Below are positions 1 through 16,600 of a stretch of DNA of 64,000 nucleotides, piece by piece. The stretch covers positions 62,001-126,000 of the forward strand of contig NIVC01001845.1 of NCBI GenBank assembly GCA_002269645.1. The letters are read 5' to 3'. Source of the stretch: Macrostomum lignano (Eukaryota). Below the pieces are notes generated by a model. It was not told the DNA's origin and did no database searches. It saw only the letters and a list, made by a program, of their open reading frames with translations. Each line of letters opens with the position of its first letter. The first letter of the stretch is position 1. The position numbers and the translations under genes are program-made.

Positions 1-107
1 CAAAATCGCATGAACCCCACTCTCTGTATCTTTGTTGACTCTCTGAGTCAAGAGTTCTGTTTGATTTTCCCTCATAAGTAATTTGTTTGTTTTATTATAG
101 CAAATCC

Positions 108-4080
<3,973 letters not shown>

Positions 4081-6549
4081 TTATTCAATTTCTTATGTAA
4101 ACTTACTGTTTAACTACAAGAAATTTTAAACAAACATATTTTGGGCCTAATTAATTCAAACTCAACTTTTAGACATAAAGTTGCAATAAAAATAGAGGTA
4201 GGATGGGATTGCAATCTTGCCCAATCCAATAATATATATATTTATAACTTACATTAAATGGCATCTAGCTTAAAAAAACTAGATGCCACCATGGCATCAA
4301 GGGTTTAACTTCACTTCAGTATAACAAAATTAAAGTTAATGCAACATGAATGACATGCTCTGACAAAAATTAAGGTCTATATTGTTTAATTGCTATATGA
4401 AAAGGCAAGATACTTATTGACATTGATCTAGATGTCAGATTTATTCATATAAACTGAAAATAATAATTCCTATTTCCTATCTCCTCTATGTATTTTTTGA
4501 GTCTAGTGGCTCCAAATTGGGCCATTTTATATTTTTTGTTATGTGTATATTTAAAACATTTTTGCACATGGTTTGCAAAATCAATAATTTAGGTCTTTTC
4601 TTATGCATGGCAAATGAAGAGGTCTATTTTTGAAAATATAGCCTCTCTGGCATTGGTCAACTATCTTCCAACTATTTAAATTTCTTTGCCCAATTATTTC
4701 TAATATTAGCTTGACAAGTTGTTGTTCATTGATATTTTGTTCTACTTTTGTTAACTTGTTCTATTAGCAATTGGAAAAGATGAATGAAATTTAAAATTAT
4801 CAATACATATGAGATAAGATGAGAAAAAATTGAACTTTTACTATCAAATGCTAGACCCAAGTTATTCTTTACTTTATACTATAAAATCTAATTCTATAAG
4901 ATTGATGCCATAAGGTACCTAATCTCAAACTCAATTTTGGCTACCAGTCTTTTTGACAGGTTCTATTCCTAGCCCTACTCATGCATGTTGCTACCCTATT
5001 TATTATACCTTTTATTTATAATTTTCCCTGATTATACCACCTATCTAATCTTGACTACTGCAACTCAACCTACTAAAATAGAAAAGTAGATCTTAGGCAT
5101 TAGGCCCTAAAAGCTAATTGGCAAAAAAAGTATTTTTGTTGAGCACTTTGACACTTGAGTACATTGCCACTAGAAAAATAATTATCAAACATCAACCTAT
5201 GTTTTACTGCCTCTTATTGAGAAGAAAGAAGCCATCAAATAAGACTACTTTGCTCTTCTATAAGCAGACCATTAATACCAACAAGATGACTTATACAAAC
5301 TATGTGTCTTATTTCCTAGCTTACTAAAGCCTTTCTCTGATTTATCAATAGGCCCTATGCCTATAGACAAAGTCTATAGAAAATTGTCAACTCTATCTTC
5401 TTTAGCAGCCTCAATCATTACCAGATCTAGTCTCTTATGACAAAAGATAAACATGGAATATAGAGACCATACTATATAATTGCAAAGTCTAATAGCAAAG
5501 CTATAAGAACAAGCTTTCTCTCTCTCTCTTATATATATGACATGCAATGAGAGATTGCCAAATTTTTATACCAGAAGAATCTATTGCATATCAACTGCTT
5601 TTCTGACCTTATAGTAACTTGCTCGCCTGGCCTTATTGTCTAATATCTATCTGAATGTCCTAATGTAAAACTTCAAAGCCAATAAAATGGCACAATAAAT
5701 ATAAATGCTAATATCAATATATTTTAGACTAAGCTATACTTGCTTATATCCTTAGCTGACTACTAGTTAGTTTTTATACTTTTCTTAGCTTGGTAATTAT
5801 GGATTATTTAAACCTAAATAAACAATTGTGCAAATATTGTAGCTAGATATTGTAACTTAGACAAAAGGCACTTGCCATTTTACTAACCTAGGCCATGTTG
5901 TTAATATTGAATGGGTTCACACTTAGAAACATGGTGGATGGCTATGTCATTAATATTGGAGCTTATAGGCATGGCTACCATGTATATAATCATTGATATA
6001 AAATGTGTGTGCTGTAGAATTCTCTCATAAGCAAATGGTGGCTTAGTAGATAAGTTAATTGCCTTGTGATTGTGTGAAAAGGTTTGAATCCTAAGTGGTT
6101 AGAGTTTTTTTAATTTGAAATTTTTTAAAACTAAATTAAATTAAATTGTAAGAGTAACACTAAATCTTAAAGTATGGCCACAATTATATATGTAGCTAGT
6201 AAAAAAAATATTTTTTTGATATATATTGGCCGTACTTTGTCATGAGTTAAATATTATATAGTAGCCTTACTAAATGTGTATTTAAGCAACTTGAGAATAA
6301 ATGAAAATCTAGCAATAACTAAAGAGCATGAACAAAAATGTGGCAAACTTCTTATAATATAAACTTGTAATAATTTGTAAGTTCAATTAATTACAGATAT
6401 AGCTACATATATAATTGCAGTCGCACTTTAAGATTTAGCAAATTACTCTTATTAAAAAAGTAGTTAAATTTATTTTTTTTAATAATTAATTTTAAAAAAT
6501 CTAGATTCAAAAATGTCTGCTTGCTAAAAATTCAAATTAAAAAATAGAG

Positions 6550-6550
6550 T

Positions 6551-6596
<46 letters not shown>

Positions 6597-6600
6597 TAAT
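6550..6600. repeat. (AAT)n microsatellite
   Basis: Direct read. Confidence 0.9.
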
Positions 6601-7048
6601 AGACAAAGCATGGCAGCTATGTCTATAATATTTAAGTTTATAGGCATGGCTATTATCATCAATATAAAATGCATGTTCTATAGGGTTCTCTCATAAGAAA
6701 ATGGTGCTTAGTGGATATGTCAATTGCCTATGATTGCAAATAGGAAGGTTTGAATCTAAACTAAAGAGGTCAGCATTTTTTATAATTTAAATTTTTATTA
6801 CTGAATATAATTTTTTGTGTCTTGAACTTTTTGAGTTTTTTATAGACATGGCGGCCGTGTCTATAAATATGGACCTAGTTACTATTAGAGACATGGCCAC
6901 ATTGTCTATAAGTTTCTGCATTATAGACATGGCCACCATGTCTCTAAGTGTGGCATTAAAAAAAGTCCAACCACTTAAGGATTTGAACCTTGCTATACAC
7001 AATCACAAGGCAGTTGACATAGGGGCCTATCTACTAATAGTAGGCCTA

Positions 7049-7205
7049 GCGCAACCAGACATTTTTTGAGGGAGGGATTCTGGAGGATAAAGTCCCGGGA
7101 GGGGAGGCTCTGTTTTTGGCGAAAATTTGCTTGGTCTCCCCTTTGATTTTTTTGGGTCTCCGCCTAAGGGGGGGGGGCAACTGCCCCCCCCTGGTTGCGC
7201 CATTG
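7049..7205. mobile_element. Short non-autonomous element with GCGCAACCAG / CTGGTTGCGC inverted ends
   Basis: A GC-rich block with 10-bp TIRs and G/C runs interrupts an AT-rich repeat arm. The left end looks truncated. Confidence 0.5.
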
Positions 7206-8325
7206 TCCACTAAGCCACCATTTGCTTATGAGGGCCCTACAGAATACACATTTTATATTGATGATTATAGCCATGCCTATAAAAAAGTATAGGCCTAAGC
7301 TCAAATATTATAGACATGGCCGCCATGCATATAAGTACTCCATTATGAAAATATTAGAAAACAAACTTTATCTAATTTACAATTAAAACCCTATGGATGG
7401 TATGTAAATATGCTAGGCCCCTACTACCTAGGCACAAACAGAAGAGTAGATAGGATAAATTAATTAAGTGGAAAGCCTAGTTTAGGTTAGGTCTAGGTTT
7501 AAACCCAGCCGAGTCTATTCTAGACTCTTATTGGCTATCAGTACCACCCTACTAGGCTACTACCTAGGCCCATTTAACGACTTGTAGTAGCTTTATGCAA
7601 TGATCCGCCTTAATTCGCCTTAATTAGCATTCGCCGAATTGGCTGTCGCCAAACTGACTTGTCGCCGAATCGGTTGTCGCCGAATTGGCTTGTCGCCGAA
7701 TTGACTGGAAGCCGGCACTACTAGGCTAGGCCTAGTTATTTAATTTAGTTTATTTAGTTAGTAGGCCTAGTTAGTTCTGCTAATAGTTAAAACGGTAACT
7801 GGAAGCATTGGAAACCAATATCCAAATAACTGGAAAGCAGGGGACTCGAGTAATTACTTTTACAATGCTTCATTGGGGCTGCTTCTAAATATAGTAAAGG
7901 AGGATTATGAAGAGGCCGGAGGACGAGGCAGTCGAAGTTTAATAATCGTTTAATTAATTTTACCAATAAATCACCTTTTATGAAGTACAAGAAATATTTG
8001 TTTTCTTTATAACCATATTAAAACTGAATACTGGCTTTTAACTCCTATGTGTAAAAAAGATAGCGTAGCGTATATTTGTTTTACTTTCTGTTTTTTTGGA
8101 CCCGTAAGAACGATAAATTGCGCCAACAGAATTTAAATGAATAAAAACACGCAGAGTAATTAAAATCTTAAGGTAATTAAACGACTAAGGATGAATTAAA
8201 TAGCTTTGTGTGCATGCCTTGAGTAGTCATATGACTTAATAGGTCTTTGATCAACTCACAGAAAAGTGTGCTGTAAGTAAGTGATTCATCTCATTACAAT
8301 AATTGGTATTATTACCAATTAGATA

Positions 8326-8775
8326 TAGGCTCGTCGCCACCGGGGGGGAGGGGGACATGTCCCACCCAGTAAAAGCTATGGGGGGACATGCCAATGCTGT
8401 GTCCCCCTCACCCCACCTTGTGACCATGGTTGGTGGTAATCAATAATTTTTCCTCAGGGCCACCCAAATACATGTATAGCGCCTAGGGCGCTATAATGAG
8501 TGCCTGCGGCGCCAAAAGTAATGCTTGCGGCGCCAAAATGAGTGCCTGCGGCGCCAAAAAGAGTGCCTGAGGCGCTAAAATGAGTGCCTGCGGCGCCAAA
8601 ATGAGTGCCTGTGGCGCCAAAATGAGGGCTGACAACACGATTCTCAAAACGATGGAATTTAGTCCAAGGACTTCTAGACTAGACTAGTCTAGAAGTCCTT
8701 GATTTAGTCATGCACATGTAAAGGTTGAATTCTTGGCTTTGTCCCCCCACCATAAAATCCATGGCGGCGCCCCTG
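8326..8775. mobile_element. hAT-type MITE, copy 1
   Basis: Ends taggctcgtcgcca ... tggcggcgcccctg; flanks attagata/cttagata (7/8 TSD); internal 21-bp repeats aaaatgagtgcctgcggcgcc. Homologous to 59202-59628. Confidence 0.8.
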
Positions 8776-9523
8776 CTTAGATATACCCCATTATCCAAAA
8801 AGATGCATGTAAGTAAATGTTAAATAAGCTATAAGCTAGAGGATATACATGCAAATCGAGGACGGCTTAAGTAGACTTTGTCATTCGTCCTTGACGGAAT
8901 TAAATGTAAATTAAAGAATTATTTGATTAATTTTAATGCATGCATCTGCATTTAAATTGCACATATACGAGCGTACATTTTGTATCTATGCTCGCACACT
9001 GTAAGATTTTCAATCACATGTACCTCGGTAGTCTGGCGTCTCACGTCGCCAAGAAGATCATCATGCAGAAGTTTGTCTCGAAGTTGGTCTGACCTCGGTT
9101 TGGAGCAGTCTGCACTTAAGAGCATTGACAACTGCATAGCCATACCGATGCAGACAATTTCAAACTGGAGAAGCGAAGCTGTACTTGAACTAGAGTTTGC
9201 AGTTGCTTCGAAGCTGTTGTGAATCGAATGCGATCGAGTTACCTCGAATCAAACTCTAAGTTTAATTAGAGCTACTACTATTTATTGTCCAACTTGTTGC
9301 ACTTGGATTGGAATGCAACGGTTAATAGAAGTTCATTTAAACGGAATGAACTTCGAGACTTCGAGGAAGGTGAGCATCATCTTAAACTTATTCGATTAAA
9401 TCTTCTAGCTCCTCAGCAGGACCGACAGAGGGGACGAATATAGACAAGAGAAGTTCTAGAATCGATAGGTAGGTACAGAATTAAAAAGCTGGGGAAAAAT
9501 TTCGAGCTGAGCTGTCGAGTTTT

Positions 9524-9728
9524 CGTACAACAATCCGACGTTGGCCGACTTTTTCGACGTCTATCGACGTCGATGACAGATATATGCATGTACTTTTATA
9601 TTACACCGACGTTAAGCCGACGTATGACGTCGTTATCCGTCGGTGCAATGTAAAAGTACATATCTGTCATCGACATCGATAGACGACGAAAACTTCTGCC
9701 AACGTCGACGACGTCGGACTGCTGTACG
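9524..9728. mobile_element. Palindromic foldback MITE
   Basis: cgtacaacaatccgacgt...gacgtctatcgacgtcgatgacagatat is mirrored by atatctgtcatcgacatcgatagacg...acgtcggactgctgtacg. Confidence 0.65.
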
Positions 9729-10489
9729 GAGCTATAAGAATGAACTGAGAAACAGCCTACTACATGTAGATGTAGATAAAGAAGGCATTAGTTCGTTCAC
9801 TGTAGCACAACTGCTCAGGCGCAGAGCTGGGTTTGCCAGGTGATTAGCTCCACTCAAGCCCCGGTCCTTGATCTGTGCTGCACGGAGTTGCTCAGTCCAA
9901 CGGCATGGATAATTAGGATTATAGGGGGAGGGGGGTGAATCCACTGAGGAATCTTTTGAATTCCATCATCCCTACCCCTACTCTTCCTCTAGTCGCATCT
10001 CTTTACATCGGTTGCTATTCCAATTTATCATTATTTTGCAGTCGAGATGAATAGCGAAAATGATGAAATGTTTTTTGACCAGTTGCGACGCTACCTTCAT
10101 TTTCTAGGCACTGCATCTTCAGTTCACAGCTCATTTTCTTTCTTTTTCGAATGGCCGCTTAGAGGAAGCTGAGGCGGGAAGAGGAGGATGGAGAATCGAA
10201 GTCGAGAGAATTAGGATATAAAGCGCTGCTCTGCTGGGAACTCCTTTTTTCGTAGAAATTCACTTCCCTTTCTCGAAGAAATCCCCGGAGAGCTCCCATC
10301 GGAGCCACTGGGACACTGTTATAAGTATAGGATAAAAATCGGGTCTCGAGTATCATCCGAGAAGCAGAACGGATAGCACCTCTGGAATCCTGAGAGCTGA
10401 GACGGCACAACCAGGAAAATTGGTCAATTCCATATCCTCCGGCTTGCAAAAAGTCACCTTTTTACTCTGCAGCATTCACCACACAAGGG

Positions 10490-13178
10490 ATGATGTCCTC
10501 GAATGAGCAGGCCTCGTCATCAGCGAAGGACGAGTCTGACGACAGTCTGATGGTGACCGCCTCTGAGCTGCAGATTTTTCAGGAAACTTTCCAACTGTTC
10601 GATAAAGACGGTGAGAAGATCTCTTGATGAAGCTTGACCTCGATTTGAGAAATCAATTTTCTTTACTGAAAAGCACATCGAATCCCAATGTGATCATCGG
10701 CTCAAAAGAATTTAGCTCAATTAAAAGTTGATAAGAAATGTAATTGGTTGGTAATGACTTCGCTACTCTTAATCAGAAGAAATTAGAGGCTATTAAATGT
10801 GTCAACAAGCCATTAATCCCTAATTTACCTAGGAGACGGCTGCATCACAACTGAGGAGCTGGGAACAGTTCTCCGATGCATTGGTCGATCGCCAAGCACT
10901 GAGCAATTAAAGGTAAAAGAATTCACTTTTAAGGATACTACTTAAGAAACGATACTCGTAGGTATGTAGTCCGTGATTGAATTACGAGGTGTATTCAAAA
11001 AGTTCTTTTCGGTGCCCTACAAAACTGAACACAAAACAACTGGAACTATGAAAACACTGTTAGATTGCTTAACATGATTCTGTCACTCAACATATTCACC
11101 GCCAATGTCTTTGCACTTCTGCCAGCGATTTACCAGGCCTCTGATTCCGGAACTCACACCACTCGCGTCCGTTTGGCGAACAGCTTGATTGCATGCAGCT
11201 TCGATGTGCTCGACGCTGTCAAATCGAATGCCCCGAAGGTGCTTCTTCACAGATGGAAATAAGAAGAAGTCGCACGGCGACAAATCAGGCGAATAGGGTG
11301 GATGTTGGAGCACTTCCCAGCCCCATTTGCTCAGGAGTTCCACGACGTTGTGCTTGCGATGTGCTGGCGCATTGTCGTGCAGCAGGATCACGCCAGATTC
11401 CAGCAGACCAGGGCGCTTCTTTCGTATTGCTGGGCGCAGCTTCTCCTGCATTTTTTAATTTAATTGATTACACCTGCCCACTGGGCAGATGTGCAACCGA
11501 CAGCTCAGCCGCAGCTATTGCGCGGCGCATCTGAAGGCTGCGTACGGCTGTTCAGTCCAAGGACTGGGGGGTCGCCACACACACCCTCAATTACCCCAGC
11601 TAATGCTGGTACCCATTTTACAGCTGGGTAAACTGAAGCAACGCAGAGTTAAGTGTCTTGCTCAAGGACACAAATTGTTGCAGAGGGATCGGGAATCGAA
11701 CCCCCGACCTTCAAGTCGTGAGTCCGACGCCCTAACCACTAGGCTACAACCCCTACTCCTGCAGAATCCACTTGTAGTAGTCCCCATTGACGGTGGTTTC
11801 TTGTGGGACTGCCCAGTTCAGCAGGATTCCTTGGGAATCAAAAAACATGACGTGCATGATCTTTATCGCGCCCTGCTTCCTGATGGCCTTCTGAGGTCTT
11901 GGAGAATGTGCTGGAAGCCATTCGGCAGACTGGGCCTTTGTCTCAGGATCCCAGCTGTAAACCCACGTCTCGTCTCCAGCAACAATTCTTGATAGAAAAT
12001 CCTCCCCTTCTCGATGGAACCGATGCAGGTGGCTGCTTGAAGCCACAGTTCGCTGCATCTTTTGCTCACCTGTCAGCAGGTGTGGCACCCACTTGCAGAA
12101 CTTTTTCTGTAGGAGAAGACGCTCAGTCAGAATAGTGTGGACGCTTCCTACTGACACACCAACGTCTTCTGCCAACTCTTCGCAAGTCCGTCGCCGATCA
12201 TCATCCAAGAGCTCTTGCACTTTCTTCACAACAGTCTCTTTGGTTGCAGTCATCGGCCTTCCAGAGCGGCCATTGTCCTCAACGCTCTCTCTTCCCTCAG
12301 CGAACAGCCGGTACCATTTTCGAACTGTCTGCTCAGTTGGTGCACAGTTGCCAAGCACTTGCTGAAGCTCCCTAAACATATCCGGTGGCTTTTTTCCTTG
12401 CAGAAACTGAAACTTCATCAAGCTTCGAACGTCTTGCTTTGAAAATGATTCAGCCATGGCCAAGAAATTGAGTGGCAGCTGATAGAAATGTTCGCTGCTC
12501 TAACATAGTTGCAAACTGAGACTTAAAACCCTAGGAACGTTTAGGCCATAGACATAACTTGGTAAAATCGCTAAAATTCTGTTTACAACGCTTTCTAAAA
12601 ATAAATGCCAAAGGACCGAAAAGAACTTTTTGAATAAACCTCGTATTTGGAATAGAACCACTGGTAGAAAAGTGCAGTCGTATCGAAGTCAGTCTCCAAT
12701 CATATGTAGATCCAAATTCCACACAACTCAATAGGATATGCTCCGTCGCATTGACAAGGACGGCAACGGGACTATCGAGTTCGAGGAGTTCATCCAGCTG
12801 ATGAAGTCCGACCCGAGGAAGCGCGCCGGCAAAAAGCAGCACCAGGCGGATCAGACGCACGCCGACGACTCAGAGGACGAACTGCTGGCTGCGTTCCACG
12901 TGTTTGACAAGGACCGCAACGGTTATATATCAGCGCCGGAGCTGAAGGCCGTACTAGACGGCCTCGGCCACGAGTACGAGGACGCTGAGGTGGAAGAAAT
13001 GCTCCGAGAGGTCGACATCAACGGCGACGGTTGCATCGACTATGCCGAGTTCGTCGCTATGCTCAACGCGAGCATGCCGTCTAGGGTTCCATCGAGAGTG
13101 TCGCTGGGCGGCGGAGGCGGTGACGGAGATGGAAGCGGGGCTAGCGGAAGCAAAAACGACTCGGGGGGAGCACTGTGA
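10490..13178 (+). CDS. Calmodulin-like 4-EF-hand protein, 214 aa, exons 10490-10610, 10833-10912, 12735-13178
   Basis: EF loops DKDGDGCITTEE, DKDGNGTIEFEE, DKDRNGYISAPE and DINGDGCIDYAE. Splice phases (1, then 0) are compatible with GT/AG sites. Confidence 0.9.
11083..12463 (-). pseudogene. mariner transposase split by a SINE (12463-11756 plus 11442-11083 gives 355 aa once the insert is removed)
   Basis: WVPHLL, GDETW, HDNAPAH and YSPDLSPCD motifs, with 34 residues between the 2nd and 3rd Asp. Confidence 0.92.
11451..11755 (-). mobile_element. tRNA-derived SINE with MIR/CORE(V)-like central domain
   Basis: On the minus strand: A box TAGCCTAGTGG, B box GGTTCGATTCC, core TGTGTCCTTGAGCAAGACACTTAAC...CAGTTTACCCAGCTGTAAAATGGG, and a TAAT/A-rich tail. 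TSD CTCCTGCA at 11443-11450 and 11756-11763. Confidence 0.92.
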
Positions 13179-13678
13179 CTCACCGAATTGAACTCGAAAT
13201 CTCGCAACATCGAAGCTTCAAGTGCATTAGAGGTTTCAGTTTGCATGTACGAGCTGGCCAGGACAGAATAGACCGATGTCTCAATTTCTTGAAATGCGAG
13301 TTGAATTCGGCCCACAAAAATTTCCGCACACGAGCGTAGTGCTTTAATTTGTTTTACTAGATTTAACATTTAAAGCGGGAGGAGTAGACACAGGAAAATG
13401 TGGCAAGGCACAAGAGCTATGTCATCAATCTCAAACCATTACTTATATTTAATATTAGCTACTCCTACTTTTTCAGTAGAAATTTGAAACGCATCAAAAA
13501 GACGCTACATTAATCGCCTGTATAATAAAAATCGATTTGTTTGTATTATTTAGTTCTATGCATTATGCGACATGCCTAATAAATGAATAGTGTAAACTTG
13601 CACGCTTGACTACATCATACGTCCGCTGCGCTCTACGCTCTAAGTTCAATTCAATCTCGATCATTTTACCAGTTGCCA

Positions 13679-16600
13679 TTACTTCTTTGCGGGAGTCTTT
13701 GCCTTTGCGTCTTTTCCCTTCGCATCTTTGCCTTTCGCGTCTTTTCCTTTAGCATCTTTGCCTTTTGCGTCCTTGCTCTTCGCGTCCTTGTCCTTTGCGT
13801 CTTTGGCTTTACCGTCTTTGCCTTTCGCGTCTTTTCCTTTCGCATCCTTGTCCTTCGCCTCTTTGCCTTTCGCATCTTTTCCCTTCGCGTCTTTTCCTTT
13901 CGCGTCCTTGTCCTTCGCATCTTTGCCCTTTGCGTCTTTGCCTTTCCCGTCCTTGTCCTTGGCGTCTTTGCCCTTCGCGTCTTTTCCCTTCGCGTCCTTG
14001 TCCTTCGCGTCCTTGGCCTCCTTGCCAGCCTTCTTGTCATTGGCCCCCTTGTCCAAAGTCTTCGCTGTCCCGGCACCAGCTCCGGACCCGCCAACTGGAG
14101 TTCTGACATCCTTGAAACTGATGGCCAACGTGATCGCCTTCTTCGCCAGGAAGCCTTTAAAGTACGGATTGACCACCGCTGTATGCTTGGCGGCCTCCGG
14201 CGGCAGGAATGTGGCGAGCTCCTTCGCTTCCAACATGCAGGCTAGCGCAACCAGGTGCATGCCGATGAGATTGAAGCTCTTGCACTCCCATTCTCCAAAC
14301 ATCAGACAGTCTACGGTGAACGAAGCCTGTTGAGCTGGCGGCAGCTGAGTGATGAAGTGCTTGTCGATGTACCAGTAGACTGTGCGCAGCAGCGGGTTGC
14401 TCTTAGAAGCGAAGGCCGCCTGTCTGGCAATGGATAGTTTGCAGTTGATTAGTTAGTACATGTCAGATTAAACCTACCAAGACCAAGAGTGCTATATGAG
14501 CCATCCTAGCCAGTCAATAGCAGAGATTGCTAAGGGTTTCTGAGGATTAAATAATTTTAAAGACAAGTCTAAATTGTTCATCGGGTGAAAGTTCCGCTGC
14601 CAACGGTGAAAAACAGTCAATGCGACCTCCGTGCTTGATATCCGAGATGATCACACCTTTACAAGAAACAAAATAAGCGATTCCTCTGTCCTCTGTTCCA
14701 GCGGAATCTTTCTAGCTACTCAAGTAAGTAGCAAGTAAAGCGTCGAGTCGCAAATACGTTCCAATGCCGATTCCAACATGAATACGCGACTGTTTTTATT
14801 GTAGTAGCTTTTGTTTAAATGATTTATTTCACGACAGCAACGCTAAAACGGCCACAAGACAGAACGGCCTCACGACAGAACGGCCTCACGACAGAACGGC
14901 CACAAGACAGAACGGCCTCACGACAGAACGGCCTCACGACAGAACGGCCACAAGACAGAACGGCCTCACGACAGAACGGCCTCACGACAGAACGGCCTCA
15001 CGACAGAACGGCCACAAGACAGAACGGCCTCACGACAGAACGGCCTCACGACAGAACGGCCACAAGACAGAACGGCCTCACGACAGAACGGCCTCACGAC
15101 AGAACGGCCACAAGACAGAACGGCCTCACGACAGAACGGCCTCACGACAGAACGGCCACCTGACAGAACTGCCACCTGACAGAACGGCCACCTGACAGAA
15201 CGGCCACCTGACGAAACGGCCATCTGACGAAACGGCCCTCACGACAAAACAGGCGTCACAACAATACTGACATGTTCTTTCTAGAAAGACACTTCTGATC
15301 AAGCAAACGCTTGTTTGACTGATGCAATATGCAATACGCTTTAATTATAATAAAAATACAACTGATGCAGAGGTAATGATAGCGAGAATCATTGCTTCGT
15401 TAGCTATTTCGAAGGGGACTTTTTAGGCACTGCCAAGGAATTCATTGCATATAGACCATTTTTATTTAGAATATTGGGCTGTTAATTCAACACAATATTT
15501 AGTGAGGGTGCAAGGGTGCTATTCACTGCGAATTTAGCATACTGGTACTTTTGTGCTAATTATTTTTTATAGTGAAGGCCAATCAAATTAACTGCATGAC
15601 GTACTGAAGCGAGACTAAAATTGAGAGCTAAGTGCAAGACTGAAGTGGAAATCGAGAGACGGGTGGGAGCAGTGGGATGTGCGAGTGTGTGTGAGGGGGA
15701 GAATTCAGGGACAATCAGCTGAGTGTTGAAAGCTCTATAAGGCTTGGGTTTATTGTTAAAGTGAGATCACGGCAGAATGACATCCGGTAATGGGAAGGCA
15801 TGAATAAGCGAGTCTAGGAGCGGCTAGAGAAGTCAGAAAAATATCTGAGAGATGTGAGAGAGGGTTAAGAGAGAGAGGTGAGAAAGATGAGAGAGGTGAG
15901 AGAGAGGTGAGAGAGGTGAGAGAGAGGTGAGAGAGAGGTGAGAGAGGTGAGAGAGAGGTGAGAGATGTGAGAGAGGGGTTAGAGAGGTGAGAGAGAGAGG
16001 TGAGAGAGATGAGAGAGGTGAGAGAGAGGTGAGAGAGAGGTGAGAGAGGTGAGAGAGAGGTGAGAGAGGTGAGAGATGTGGGAGAGAGGTGAGAGAGAGG
16101 TGAGAGATGTGAGAGAGGGGTTAGAGATGTGAGAGAGAGGTGAGAGAGGTGAGAGAGGTGAGAGAGAGATGAGAGAGGTGAGAGAGAGGTGAGAGAGAGG
16201 TGAGAGAGGTGAGAGAGAGGTGAGAGAGTGAGAGAGAGGTGAGAGAGTGAGAGAGAGGTGAGAGAGTGAGAGAGGTGAGAGAGGTGAGAGAGAGGTGAGA
16301 GAGGTGAGAGAGAGGTGAGAGAGTGAGAGAGAGGTGAGAGAGTGAGAGAGAGGTGAGAGAGGTGAGAGAGAGGTGAGAGAGTGAGAGAGGTGAGAGAGGT
16401 GAGAGAGAGGTGAGAGAGTGAGAGAGGTGAGAGAGTGAGAGAGAGGTGAGAGAGGGGTGAGAGAGAGGTGAGAGAGGTGAGAGGGAGGTGAGAGAGTGAG
16501 AGAGAGGTGAGAGGGGTGAGAGAGAGGTGAGAGAGGTGAGAGAGTGAGAGAGGTGAGAGAGTGAGAGAGGTGAGAGAGTGAGAGAGAGGTGAGAGAGTGA

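Larger units (their letters stand above)
10985..12643 (-). mobile_element. mariner (DD34D) transposon in intron 2 of the calmodulin-like gene
   Basis: 29-bp TIRs cgagg(t)gtattcaaaaagttcttttcggt with 1 mismatch; TA duplicated at 10983-10984 and 12644-12645. Confidence 0.95.

Noticed and set aside
8952-9222. Short ORFs between Rap1 and the calmodulin-like gene
   Set aside because: No recognisable domain and no convincing exon chain.
11680-11755. tRNA gene
   Set aside because: It has A and B boxes but no acceptor stem closure, and it is continuous with a SINE core and tail between TSDs.
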